A stretch of DNA of 64,000 bases from Felis catus (Eukaryota), in NCBI RefSeq assembly GCF_018350175.1, contig NC_058368.1, positions 86,554,001 to 86,618,000 on the forward strand, read 5' to 3'. Positions 26,901 to 39,888 of the stretch are shown piece by piece; the stretch's first letter is position 1; every line of letters starts with the position of its first letter. Position numbers and translations under genes: made by a program. Under the pieces are notes generated by a model. It was given only the letters and a program-made list of their open reading frames with translations. It ran no database searches and had not been told where the DNA came from.

Positions 26901-29900
26901 GGAGAATGTTCCATGTGCACTGGAAAATAAGTATATTCTGCTGCTTTGTAATGTAAAGTAATAAATATGTCTGTAAAGTTCATCTGGTCCAATGTACCAT
27001 TCAGAGCCATTGTTTCTTTACTCATTCTCTGTCTAGATGATCTACCCATTGTTGTAAGTGGAGTATCAAAGTCCTCTGCAACTACCACATTCTTATCAAT
27101 AAGTTTGCTTATGTTTGTGATTAGTTGTTTTATATATTTGGGTGCTATCAGTTTTGATTCATTGACATTTATAATTGTTAGCTCTTCTTGATCGATAGAC
27201 CGTGTATTTATTATATAATGCCCTTCTTCATCTCCTGTTACAACCTTTAATTTAAAGTGTAGTTTGTGTGATGTAAGCGTGGCTACTTGAGCTTTCTTTT
27301 GACTTCCAGTAGCATGATATATAGTTCTTCATCCCCTCACTTTCAATCTGAAGGTGTCCTTGTGTCTAAAATGAGTCTCTTGTAGACAGTTAATAGATGG
27401 GTATTGGGTTTTTTTGTTGTTTGTTTGTTTTTATTCATTCTGATACCCTATGTCTTTTGATTGGAGAATTTAGTCCTTTTACATTCAGTGTTATTATTGA
27501 AAGATATAGGTTTACTGTCATTGTGTAATCTGTAGGTTTCATGCTTGTAGTGATGCCTCAGGTACTTTGTGGCCCTTGCAACATTTCACTCACAGAGTCC
27601 CCCTTAGGATTGTTTGTAAGGCCAGTTTAGTGGTGATGAATTCCTTCAGTTTTTGTTTGTCTGGGAAAACCCTTATCTCCCCTTCTATTCTGAATGACAG
27701 GTTTGCTGTATAAAGGATTAATGGCTGCATATTTTTCCTGTTCATCACATTGAAGATTTCCTGCCATTCCTTTCTGGCCTGCCAAGTTTCAGTAGATAGG
27801 TCTGCTACTACCTTTATGTGTCTGATTTTGTATGTTTAGGCCTGTTTATCCCTAGCTGCGCTCAGAATTCTCTCTTTATCCTTGTATTTTGCCAATTTCA
27901 CTATGATATGTCACGCAGAAGATTGATTCAAGTTACATCTGAAGGGAGTTCTGCATGCCTCTTGGATTTCAATGTCTGTTTCCTTCCCCTGATTGGGGAA
28001 GTTCTCAGCTATGATTTGTTCAAAAACACCTGCAGCCCCTTTCTCTCTCTTTTCTTCTCCTGGAATTCCTGTGGTATGTGTATTGTTACATTTGATTGAA
28101 TCACTTAGTTCTCTAATTCTCCCCTCATGATCCTGGATTTTTTTATCTCTCTTTTTTCTCAGCTTTATCTTTTCCATAATTTTATCTTCTAATTTACCTA
28201 TTCTCCCCTCTGCTCTTCAATCTGTGCTGTGGCCACCTCCATTTTATTTTTCACTTCATTTATATCATTTTTTAATTCATCAATACCAATTTTTAGTCCC
28301 TTGATCTCTGCAGCAATTGATTCTCTGCTGTCATTCTATGCTTTTTTCAAGCCCAGCGATTAATTTTATGACTATAATTCTAACTTCTTTTTCAGTTATG
28401 TTGCTTATATATGTTTTGATCAGTTCTTAGCTGACACTTCTTCCTGGAATTTCTCTTGAGGAGAATTATTCCATTTCATCATTTTGGCTGGTTTTCTTTC
28501 CCTTATGAGTTTTAAAACGTTGTTATGTGCTCTGCACCTGAAAGCACTGCTATATTCAAGGCGGGTCATACACTTTTTAGGGTCTGGCCCTTCAGGAGGT
28601 ATTTTCCAGAGAGTGTTACTTGCTCTCTGTTGTTGTGACTTTGGTTATTTTATTTCCCTACTCATGGTGATGTTTTATACAATCCACCAGGTGTGTTTTG
28701 ATTCGTTCATTGAAGTAGTCCTGGAAAGGAAAACAAACAGATAAACAGGAATCAAAAATATGCAAACACACAAACAATTAAAACAAACAAACAAAAACAA
28801 AAAATAAAAATCCAAAAGAAAAAACTAGAAACACCGGCTACAGGTAAAGAAAAGGGTGGAGGTGGTGCTGATGGAAGAGCACATATAAAGAGAGAAATGG
28901 CAGAGGCAGGGAAAAAGAAAAAAATAAACGTTGACCAGGCAGAACTAAAAGGCTTAATCAAGAGAGAGAGAAACAAAACTAAGGAAGGAGGCAGGCAAAA
29001 GCACATGAAGATAAAGTTACCCACAGAGAGAAACTATACTGGTGATTTTCCCAGAGAGAGAAAGGAAAAGAAAGAAGGAGGTGTAGAGCATGTATCAAGA
29101 GAATGGATTAAATATGTTTGTTTAAACAAATCAATAACCAGAGTAACCAGGCTAGAGGAGGGAAGAGATAAGAGAGAAATGGAAGGGAGAATATATCAAT
29201 ACAAGAAGAATTGTCCTAAAATTAATCCAGGCAATGCAGCAACACTGGCCTGGAGGAGGGTTCTGTCTGCCTCCACAGCATCTATCCCACTCTATTAGAT
29301 AAGCAGTTACCCAGCATGGAGGGTCATGGTTTGGTGTAGGCTGGTCTCACCTCTGTGGACTGGTCCCTGAGGCCCCGTCTTGGTGGTTGAGGGGAGAAAA
29401 ATGGCGATCCCCAGTCTCTTCTCCACAAACTGGTGCCCCAAATCACTCCTTTGGAGCTATCCTCACTGTGCCATTGCCGCAGATGAGACTCCTGTGTCCC
29501 GGCACTTTGCTCGGATTTAAACTCCCATTCCGTGTGCACCAGTACTGGGAAAATGTCTCTGGATGCTGCTTGATATGTGGTCCCAGCTGGTTTTGGCCTA
29601 TGCTGCAGCACTTCAGGGGAGGGAACCAGTTTCTCTTGCTGCAGACTGCACACCTAAACTACCACCAAACCTGGAGGTGGCTCCTCTCCTCCCTGGGTGT
29701 GAGAACAGGGCAGCTGGCCCTAGTCCGAAGAAAACTCTTCAGTTAGAGATGGGATCCCTTTCCAGCCCAGTCAGAGGTTTTTTCTCTTGTCCAGATAGTG
29801 TTCTACACTTCCCCAGCCACTCTTCCTCTTCCCTTTGTCTCTCTGCAGAAGGGGATTCCTCCCCTCAGTGCCTGAGAGGCCTGTTTTGTCTCCCTCAGTT

Positions 29901-30070
29901 CACAATCACCAACCTATGGCCCTTTAAGTAGTCCCGGTTTCTCGCTGGTAAACTTAGTCTCTTTTCCTTCCATACTCTTCAGCTTCAATGTCCTTTGGCT
30001 TCAGCCCTTCTTTGTTTGAGAGATGCAGGAAGTATGGATCCCCCTACTTCTCTGCCATATTGGCTGCTCT
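23972..30070 (-). mobile_element. Near full-length felid-type LINE-1 with internal deletions
   Basis: 3' terminus ttttttaatataatttattgtc at ~23975 and 5' end cccctacttctctgccatattggctgctct at 30070. ORF1 and ORF2 fragments on the minus strand. Degenerate TSD atccatgaatacttt / attcaagaataatacttt. Confidence 0.93.
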
Positions 30071-30408
30071 ATTCAAGAATAATACTTTAAAGTGTCATCA
30101 AATCACAAGGTAAGAAAGCAAAAGAGAAAGAAAGATGCAGAAGAACTAAGAAAATTAACAAAATAACTATGAATTCATAAATATCAATAATTACTTTAAA
30201 TGTACATAGATTAAATGCTCCAGTAAAAGATATAAGGTGACTAAATCCACAAAAACAAGGCCCAACTATATGATACCTTCAAGAGACTCATTTCAGACTT
30301 GAAGACAGATAACAGACTGAAAGGGATGTGATGGGAAAAGTCATTCCATGTAAATAAAAGTGAAATAAAAGCTTTGTAGTTGTACTCATATCAAACAAAA
30401 TAGACTTC
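30071..30408 (+). mobile_element. Continuation of host LINE-1 (ORF2 start)
   Basis: atatcaataattactttaaatgtacatagattaaatgctcca...caagagactcatttcagac...tcaaacaaaatagactt. Confidence 0.8.
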
Positions 30409-30450
30409 CTTCCTTCCTTCCTTCCTTCCTTCCTTCCTTCCTTCCTTCCT
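30407..30450. repeat. (TTCC)n microsatellite
   Basis: Seen directly. Confidence 0.95.
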
Positions 30451-30884
30451 ATTCTTTTTCTTTTTTTGTAAGAACTTTAATTATGATATAATGTACTTCT
30501 TTATCTTTTGTTATATATAGTCTTTGATTTAAAATCTAGTTTGTCTGATATAAATATGGCTTCTTCAGTTTTCTTTTGACATCAATTACCATAATCGACT
30601 CTTCTCCATCCTCTCACTCTCAATCTTCCCATGTCTTTAGGTCTAAAAGGAGTCTTCTTTAGAAATAAATAGGTGTGTTTTGTTTTTTTTTGTTTAATCC
30701 ATTCTGATACCTTATGTCTTTTCATTGGAGCATTTAGCCCATTTATATTTGGAGTGATTATTGAAAGGTAAGAGTTTAGCACTATTTTGTTACCTGTAAA
30801 ATTGAGGTGTTTCTGGTGATATTCTCTGTTCCTTTCTACTTTTTGTTGTCTTTGGCCTTTTGCCTTCACTTAAAGAGTGCCCCT

Positions 30885-31107
30885 GGGGGGCCTGGGTGGC
30901 TCAGTCGGTTAAGCATCCGGCTTCAGCTCAGGTCACGATCTCGCGGTCCGTGAATTCGAGCCCCGCATGGGGCTCTGGGCTGATGGCTCAGAGCCTGGAG
31001 CCTGCTTCCGATTCTGTGTCTCCCTCTCTCTCTGCCCCTCCCCCGTTCATGCTCTGTCTCTCTCTGTCTCAAAAATAAAAATAAAACATTAAAAAAGTTT
31101 AAAAAAA
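30885..31107 (+). mobile_element. Young felid CanSINE (SINEC_Fc-like)
   Basis: CpG-rich body (ggtcacgatctcgcggtccgtgaattcgag). Perfect 13-bp TSD aaagagtgcccct (30872-30884 / 31108-31120). Confidence 0.95.
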
Positions 31108-31520
31108 AAAGAGTGCCCCTTAATATTTCTTGCAAAGCTCAGTTAGTGGTCATTAACTCCTTTAGTTTTTGTTTGGTCAAGCCTTTATCTCTTCTATTAT
31201 TAGTGACAGTTTTACTGGATAGAATATATTTGCCTGCATATTTGTTTTCAATTCAGCACATTGAGTATATCTTACCACTCTCTTCTGGCCTGCCAAGTTT
31301 CTATGGACAGATGTGCTGTTAACCTGATCTGTCTTCCTTTGTAGATTGATACATTTATTCCCCACTTCCGACTTTCAGGATTCTTTGTATGTGTATTTTG
31401 TCAATTTTACTATGACATGTCTGAACAATGTTTTTCTTTTTTTTGCTTTTTTTTTATTTAACTGACTGGGAATTCTCTGTTCTTCTTGAATTTTGATATC
31501 TATTCTTCCCCAAGTTGGAG

Positions 31521-31880
31521 ATTATATATATACACACAAACACATATACACACATATATGTATACACACATATATATGTGTGTGTGTGTATGTATATATA
31601 TTATATACACATATATATTATACATACACATATATACTATATATATAAATATATATAGTATATATACAAATATTGTATGTTGTATATTATATATTATATA
31701 TTTAATATATAATATATGCATATTATATATACATTATATATAGTATATAAAATACCTAAAATACATATATTATATATTATATATATACATATTATATATA
31801 CATTATATATATTATATATTATATTATATATTCAATTATATATACAAATATTATATATTGTAAATATATAACATATACAT
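31521..31880. repeat. Complex (TA/CA)n low-complexity expansion
   Basis: Seen directly, within L1 ORF1. Confidence 0.92.
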
Positions 31881-31944
31881 GAAGTTTCTGCCCCTTGTTC
31901 TATTTCATCTTCTGAGACTCCTATGATAGAAATGTTAATTTAGT

Positions 31945-32196
31945 TTTTAAAAATTTTTAAGTATTTATTTTTGAGAGAGAGAGAGAGAGACAGAGAGACA
32001 GAGAGAGAAAGTGAGAGACAGAAAGAGACAGTGCAAGCAGTGCAGGAGCAGAGAGACAGGGAGACACAGATTCTGAAGCAGGCTCCAGGATCTGAGCTGA
32101 CAGCGTAGAGCCCTACGTGGAGCTTGAACTCACACCCGTGACTTCATGACCTGAGGCAAAATCAGATGCTTAACTTACTAAGCCACCCATGTTCCC
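31945..32196 (-). mobile_element. CanSINE
   Basis: T tail, (GA)n and reverse SINEC body. TSD core atgttaattt on both sides. Confidence 0.88.
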
Positions 32197-34846
32197 AAAT
32201 ATGTTAATTTTTTTAATAAGTTGCTGAGTTCCCTAAGTCTACCTTTGTGATCCATTACCTTTGTTTCCTTTCTCTTATTTTCAACTTGATTCTTTTCCAT
32301 AATTTTATCTTCTTTATCACTAATTCATTCCTCTGCTTCAACCATCCTTCCTGTCATGGTATCCACTTTAGTGTGTATCTTGGTTATAGTATTTTTAATT
32401 TTGGCCTGACTAGATTTTAGCTGTTGTATCTCTACAGTAAGGGATTCTCTAGTGTCTTCTATAATTATTTAAAGCCCAGCTAGAATCCTTATAACTGTTT
32501 TAAATTCTATTTCAGACATCTTATTAATATCTGTGTTGATTATATCCTTGGCTGTCATTTCCTCATTTTCTTTCCACTGGCAAGAATTCCTCTGCCTTTT
32601 CATTTTGGAAAATAAAAACTAATAATGATAAAGATATTAAATTAAAATTAAAAAAAATAAAATCATGCAAAGGAAGCTAGGCCCTAGGTTTGCTTTAATC
32701 TGCTTGTTAAGAGAAGTTTTATTGAAAAAGGAGAAAAAACTAAAACAAATTAAACATTAAAAGAAACTAAAAAATTAAAGTAAAATAAAAAGTACAAGAA
32801 AAAAAACAGCAAAAACAGAAGCAAAAAGCAAACAGGAAAACAAGCAAAAATCCCAAAGCATTTATATCCAGTTTCCCCTACAGCTGAAGGTTTGCAGCAC
32901 TCTATGATCAGTAGACTGAGCAAGTGGAAGATATTTGTGCTGTTCTTCTGGGGGAAGGATCTGTTGCTCTGATTCTCAGGTCATATTTCCTTAATGGAGA
33001 TTTGCCTGTAGGGTACAGCAGGTGGGGCTTGGTTTAAGGCTCTGTTCTCCACTTGGTGGCTCTCTTTAGTTCACTGGGGTAGATCAGTGCTGGTGGGCTA
33101 ATGGTGAAAATTGCTTCTCCCAGCTCTCTTGTATACGGAGCAGGACATTCACACCTTCACAAATGGGTGATCAATCACCCCCTACTGTGTCTCCCGCTTC
33201 CATTAGCTCCCTGCCTTCCCACTTATCTATGTCTGAGCTGTCAGCTTGCCAGGTGGTGCCTCCCTCCAGAGTTTTAACTCATGCACAGCTGTGTTTCATA
33301 ACTCCACACCTCTAAGAAACCCAAGGCTTGGACCCTCACTAATCCTCTGGGGGAGGGTCTTGCCACACTGTCTGCTGTTGGCTTCTTCCAGAAAATGTGT
33401 AGCAGCAGAGGCTCAGAGTATATGGTAAGTTGGGAGACAACAGGTAGCACCAGGGTTTGCTGCATTCACATACTAGTGAAAGGGGCAGTTGTGTGGCATC
33501 TACTGGGTTCTTTGCCCATGGAGAGGTTGTATCACATCTACCAAATGTACTCCAAGCAGGGGAACCAATTCTCCCCGGGTGACCCAGAATCCTTAGACGT
33601 TGCTGCCCACTCCCAGGGGTCCTCCTTGCTTCTTAGCCTAAACATCACCAGTCGCAGAGCTCTGAAGCTTTGGACTTTGTGCTACAGTGTTTATAAGTAC
33701 AGTTGGTATTGAAACCCTCTCTTTTTTCGCTTTCGGTCATTTTGGGGAAGAATTTTCTTACACAGTACCTTGTGTTTGTTTTCACTCTTTTACTCTAGCT
33801 ACTTTTAAGGGAGAGTGCTTTTCTAGTGTGAACTTGATGCATTGCTCCATCTCCCCTTCTCTCTTCTCTCCATGAAAAGGCTTCCACTTTTTCGAAACAT
33901 TGTAGCTCTTATATCCCATAAAATCACCTCTCCACACCTGCGATATTTTCTCCCTCAAATTATGGAGATTGTTCTGTTAATCCTCAGATCAATTTTCTAG
34001 GGGTTCAAAATGGTTTGATGTTGATCTAGCTGTGTTCAAGAGACAATCCCATGGTCCCCTTACTACTCAGCCATCTTGACTTCTAATGTTTCCTAGCATT
34101 TTATTGAGGACTTTTGAATCTATGTTTCTCAGGGATATTGACCTGTAGTTCCTTTTGTTAGTAATGTCTTCATTAAGTTTTGCCATAACAATATTTCTGG
34201 CCTCAAAGGATAAATTTGGTCTTTTCTTTCCATTTCTATTTTTTGGAATAGTTTGAGAAGAATAGGTATTAACTTTTCTTCAAGTATTTGGTTAAAATTG
34301 CCTGGGATGACATTTGGCTCCAGACTTGTGTTTTGGGGGATATTTTGATTATTGATTTAATTTCTTTGCTGCTTATTGGTCAATTTTTCATTTCTATTTG
34401 CTACAGTTTTGGCAGTTTATATGTTTCTCTAAATTTTTCTATTTCTTCTAGTTTGGCATATAGTTTTTCACAATAAACTCATAATGGTTTATATTTCTGT
34501 GTGTTGGTTGTTATTTCTCCTCTTGCACTTGAGATTTTATTTATTTGGGTACTTTCTTTTTTCTTTTTGATAGGTCTGGCTAGAGGTTTATCAATTTATT
34601 TATTGTTTTCAAAGAAATACCTCCTGTCTTCATTGATTTGTTCTTTTTGTTTGTTTGCTTTTGTTTTTGTTTGTTTGTTTCTCTATCATTTATTTCTGGT
34701 CTGAGATTTATTATTTCCTTCCTTCTGAAAGCTTTAGGCTTCATATGTTTTTCTTTTGGTAGCTCCTTAGGTTTCAAGTTAGATTGTTTATTTGAGATTT
34801 TTCTAGTTTCTTAAGTTAGGCATGTATTACTATCTAATTTCCTCTT

Positions 34847-35067
34847 TTTTTTTTAATTTTTTTTTCAACGTTTATTTATTTTTGGGACAGAGAGAGACAG
34901 AGCATGAATGGGGGAGGGGCAGAGAGAGAGGGAGACACAGAATCGGAAACAGGCTCCAGGCTCTGAGCCATCAGCCCAGAGCCTGACGCGGGTCTCGAAC
35001 TCCCGGACCGCGAGATCGTGACCTGGCTGAAGTTGGACACTTAACCGACTGTGCCACCCAGGCGCCC
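34847..35067 (-). mobile_element. Young felid CanSINE (SINEC_Fc-like)
   Basis: gggacagagagagacagagcatgaatgggggaggggcagagagagagggagacacagaatcggaaacagg. Perfect TSD tctaatttcctctt (34833-34846 / 35068-35081). Confidence 0.95.
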
Positions 35068-35715
35068 TCTAATTTCCTCTTAGGACCACTTTTATTGCAT
35101 CCAAAAGGTTATGGACTGTTGTGTTTTCATTTCAATTTTTCCATGTTTGTTTATTTCTTCTTGGATTTTCTTGACTCATTTGTTGTCTCCTAGCATGATG
35201 TTTAATCTCCATGTATTTGTGTTCCTTCCAAAATTTTCTTGTGATTGACTTCTATAGTCATAGTGTTGTGGTTAGAAAGGATGAAAGGCATGTTTTCAAT
35301 CTTTTTGTACTTTTTGAGTCCTGATTTGTGACTTAATATGTGACCTATTCTGGAGAATCTCCCATTTACACTTGAAAAGAACATGTATTCTGCTGTTTTA
35401 GCATGGAATGTTCTGCATATAGGTGTTAAGTCCATCTAGTTCAGTGAGTCATTCAAAGGCATTGTTTCCTTGGTGATTTCCTTTTTAGATGGCCTGTACT
35501 TTCTGGTAAGTATGGTGTTAAAGTCTCCTACTAATGTATTATCAATAATTTCCTTAATGGTCATTATTAATTAGTTTATACATTGGGGTGATTCCATGTA
35601 GAGTTTATAAACAATTTTTATATCTTCTTTTTGGGTTGTCCCTTTTATGATTATATTGTGTCCTTCTTTGTCTCTTGTTACAATCTTTGTCCAATGTCAG
35701 CATTGTGACTATTTC

Positions 35716-36530
35716 TGTGGGGAATAAGCTTAAGAATCCCCCAGGCTTATGCCAATGGATTAACAAGGCATAAAGAAGTACAAAGGCATAGGATGCTCAC
35801 ACCTGAGTTTGGGTAAACAAAATTAGAACCCAAGAATAGGGAGGTGCAAAGGAACCTCAGAATAGAGAGGCAGTGCAGTCCCCTGAGTAGAGAGGGAGGA
35901 GCAAAGGCCCCACAATAGAGAAAGGTGCAAAGACACCCAATTCAAAGGTATATGAGGTAAGCAATATTAGGCATTCAGGGCAAAGACACCCCCCCACCAC
36001 CACCAATTTAGTACTATAGCAGAAAGCTGATTTCACAGGAAAGAAGGACCAAGTTAGGTAAACAGGTAAACTGGAGTATAAAGTGCTGCACTGAGCTGCA
36101 GGTGAAGTTGCCCAGAGTGGAGCTGATTAACAAAAGAAAAGGTGCCTTGTTAACCCCAGGTTATTTGTTCCATTTGCTTTATCCTTTAGGCTAGCTAAGA
36201 TAAACAGACATGGTGTCTCCTGTCTGCCATTAACAACCATCTGTCCTTCTGCCCAGCGCCAGGATTTTGTTTTATATTGACCCAAACCACAAACACTGTA
36301 TATCTTCAAAACCCCCTTTTCCATTATGCCCATGAATTAATATTCACTGATTCATTGTCTCATTGTGCATGTCCATCACATTTGTAAGCCTTCTGATCTT
36401 AATGAATACAGGGCAAGACCCTTATTCAGGGCTTGTATCTTTTCCCAGACATTAGCCATCTCTTGCTTTTTGTCCTGCATCCCACTCTTTTACTGGCCAA
36501 AAGAGAATTTTCAACTTAGAGTCTAGGACA
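35716..36530 (+). mobile_element. ERV solo LTR (~815 bp)
   Basis: TG...CA termini (tgtggggaataag...ctaggaca), internal imperfect ~24-bp tandem repeats (aatagagag..gtgcaaag..ccc) and a poly(A)-signal variant aatgaa at 36401. Interrupts L1 ORF2 sequence. TSD not clearly preserved. Confidence 0.8.
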
Positions 36531-37055
36531 GTGGTTTGACAGCCATTTGCATGATAAATATTTCTTCACCCCCTCACTTTCAATGTTTCAGTGTCTTTAG
36601 GTCTGAAATGAATCTCTTTTAGGCAGTATGGAGAAGTATCATATTTATTTTATTTGTGCTGACATCCTATATTTTTTATTCCATTTATTCCATTAGTACA
36701 TTTACATTCAAAGTAATTATCAATACATGTGTATTTATTGCTATTCTGGTACTTGTTTTGTCATTGTTTCTTGAAATTTTCTGTGATCCTTTCTTGGCTT
36801 TGCCACTATTGGTCTCTACTTTGCACTCAAAGAGTCCCCTTTGATATTTCTTTCATAGCTGTGCTAGTGGTCACAACTCCTTTAGTTTTTGTTTGTTTGG
36901 GATGTAATGATAGCCTTTCTGGATCAAATATTCTTGACTGCATATTTTTCCCATTCAGCACACTCCCTTATGGTTTTCCAAGTTTCTGTTGAGATATCTC
37001 AAGCTAGCCTTATTGATTGCCCCTTGTAAGTTAAGAACTTCTTTTGCCATGCTGC

Positions 37056-39888
37056 TTTTCTTTTCTTTTCTTTTTTGAAATATGGAATTTGATTTAGAAA
37101 CTATTTAACATAGGAAAAAAAAACTTATCAATAAAGACCAGGTGGAAAATGGGTTCCCAATAAAATGGGATTTTAGGGCAACAGAAGTCTAAAAGGCCAC
37201 AAAAGAAAAATAGCACCACTGTTATTTGAACAATGGCTAGTTACTTGCACTTTTTGGCATTGTTAATCACTGTATCTGGGTTTTTCTCTTAATTCCACAT
37301 AGAACATTCACTACACAATAATTTTTATCATAAAATATCTGCTTTATACACACATTTTAGGACAAGCTACCACGAGAAACAAATCAAAAGAAATACATCA
37401 AGGTCTCAACAGTCTCAGTAGTGGGTGACAAAAATATTTGGCATAATTCTTCCAAACTAAGGAACTGAATAGGCTGGGAATAGAACAAATGAGTAAGAGT
37501 TAAGGAATTAAGTATTTTAAATATTAATTATTAATTCAGACATGGTCCTGGATTTTCTGCAAAAGAAAATTAACATTTGCCAACATGCTAACAAACTTTA
37601 TCTCCAAGGAGATTAGTGCACTGGCAAAGTATTTCAATAACAGTGGAAGGCTGTGGATAGCAGGTGTTGGGAACACCCAGTCTTGTAGGTCCCAGGGTAG
37701 CAATGGCATTCACTGGTCACTCCCTCTGACAGAGGTCCAGAGAAACTTTCAGTGTGACCACCTACCTGCTGAACTTACACTCTAAGCAGCGAACTTTAAG
37801 GAGTGAAAGAGGTGTCCCCAGTGGGCAAGGGGAGCAGAGAAGGAAGCTTGTTCAATGTAAACTTAAAAGACAGTAAAATGGGACATGACCCCCACTCAAA
37901 TTCCAGAGATGTGGGCAAGTCCCCAAAAGTAGTTGTTAGATTTATAAACTGAACACAATTCATCCCCTCCACCAAAACAAACAAACAAACAAACACCAAT
38001 ACATTGAAATTTCAGGGATAATTGGGAAAAATGTCAGAGAAATGTTCACTGAAATTCAGTCTCTCCAACTCAAACATGTCAGGGCTGGAACACAACCTCT
38101 CTTAGTCCAGGCAACAATGCCTTTTGCTTATTATAGCAAGGATACAATTGGCCAAAGACAACAAATGGCTTTACAGAGTGACTTTTTAAACTTCTCTTCT
38201 GGGCCAACGCCTAGACCTTTTTAGATTCAAGCAGCCCTGCAAGACCTGTGAACAGCAGATTCCAAAGGTCCAGAGATCTGGCCGTTCCTTCCCAGACACA
38301 ACATCAAACACATAAAATATGTCAGGTTTTTTTTGTGTATTTTGAAATATGGAAGCATATTTTAAATATTCTTAAGGCATTTATTTATTAAAATGTACCC
38401 TGCCAAGATTTCACATTAGCTTAAAATTGAAATCAGTCTTTACATTTTTTCTACTGAGGTATCTGCCTCAGCATATTACATAAAAACACTACCTCCTGGA
38501 GCACCTGGGTGGCTCAGTTCTTTGAGCATCCAACTTCAGCTCAGGTCATTATCTCCCGGTTCACAGGTTTGAGTCCACAGTGGGCTTTGTGCAGACAACT
38601 CAGAGCCTGAAGCCTGCTTCTGATTCTCTGTCTCCCTCTCTCTCTGACCTCTCCTGCTCGTGCTCTCTCTCTCTCAAAAATAAATGAACATTAAAAAAAG
38701 TTTGAAAACAATGTCTTCCTCAATCAGTGTTACCAGCATCCACATGGGGAGCCCCATGGTCAGCCTCTGTGAGCTGCAGCCTAGGTGAAACAGCTGGATG
38801 TTAATACTGCCTTGTTATAAAATGAAAGCCCCTAAACTCAAACTCATTGGAAAAAGAGTGAAACTTCTGCAGTGTTCTTTAAAAGAGTTACTTTTTGCTC
38901 ATGAAAAGAAATCAGTGCATCCCCTAAGAATAATAAAAGGAAATATTTTACAGTTAAGCATATGATTTGGAGTGAAGAATTTGGATATTGCTCTGCTGGT
39001 CCAGACTGTTAACACTCTTCTTCTTCCTCCTGTGGGCCCCCTTCATCAGCTATCACAAAAGTTTTGTCTGTGGCATAGAGATTGCCCATGGTACGCTGCA
39101 GTACAGGGTTGTTTTCCCCCTTGTTATTTTAGCAAATCAATTCAATGTTCCTTAGATTCCCAAAATAGAAATCTCTTTCTCCAAGTCTTCAACATTAAGT
39201 TTCAACATGTTGACCTGCTGCATCTATTAGCTGTTTCATCATCCCAGTTGCTCACACCAGATTCTTTAGCACCAAACCCAAGTCAACCTTAGGGGTTGCA
39301 GTAGTTCTGTGGGTCACAGAGGGCCTCTGTGGAGCTGCACTCCTAGAGCTGAGAAGTTTCTTCAGTTTGTTTAGAGCTGGAGCAACAAGGGAGTGAGCCA
39401 CTAAAGTTTTCTCACCTTGTCTGGCAGCTATAGGGTCATAGTCTTTTCCATCATAGTTTGCATCAAAAAAGTTCTTGAACCACTGAACAAATTCAAAATT
39501 GCCTTGAAAATTTCCTTTTCTAATTTGTCCACAGGGATTATTTTGTCAATACCAATTGTCTTAAAACCTGCTTGTAGTATTTTGAAGTTCTGGATGTATT
39601 CGTGTTCTAGCTTAGTGTGGAATTTCACTTTCTTCAAGGCAATGGAGCCAAGGAACAGCATGCCCATAAACTGATGATAAGCAGTTACTGAGTGCAACTG
39701 TTTGATCATTGTCAGATTCAGCTGCAGAGACTCATTGACCCAGGCCCAGCATGTCGTGTTGTCTTAGATTATTGCTGGTGACGGACGTTGAGTATACATT
39801 CAGTGTCTTCTTTGGTTTTTGGTGGGATCATATCCCCTGCCTGTGCCTGGCTTTGGTTCTGTCTTGGTCTTGCTCAAACTGTCCCACC
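37056..39888 (-). pseudogene. MAPRE1: Processed pseudogene (retrocopy) of MAPRE1/EB1 with 5'UTR, CDS remnant (~39806-39009), ~1.7 kb 3'UTR and decayed poly(A)
   Basis: Minus-strand translation gives [58 protein letters not shown] (CH domain) and C-terminal DEGGPQEEEEEC-stop (TAA 39009-39011; parent ends DEGGPQEEQEEY). Intronless. ATG lost and frameshifted. T-rich tail at ~37056-37076. Confidence 0.93.
38498..38704 (+). mobile_element. CanSINE inserted in the MAPRE1 retrocopy 3'UTR
   Basis: ggagcacctgggtggctcag head and A tail. Degenerate TSD aaaacactacctcct / aaaacaatgtcttcct. Confidence 0.9.

Larger units (their letters stand above)
30465..34085 (-). mobile_element. LINE-1 5' portion (5'UTR, ORF1, ORF2 EN start), 3'-truncated
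   Basis: 5' end tactcagccatcttg at ~34063-34078. Minus-strand ORF with LNSYLSIITPNINGLNAPMKRHKVSEWIK. Contains two CanSINEs and a (TA/CA)n tract. Confidence 0.85.

Noticed and set aside
9992..36530. Intact provirus bounded by the two related LTRs
   Set aside because: The LTRs are inverted, about 25 kb apart, and separated only by L1/SINE sequence with no gag/pol/env seen.
39428..39709. 93-aa EB1 CH-domain-like ORF as a functional microprotein
   Set aside because: It starts at a chance internal ATG, covers only part of the CH domain, frameshifts after PVDKL, and sits in a uniformly decayed retrocopy.
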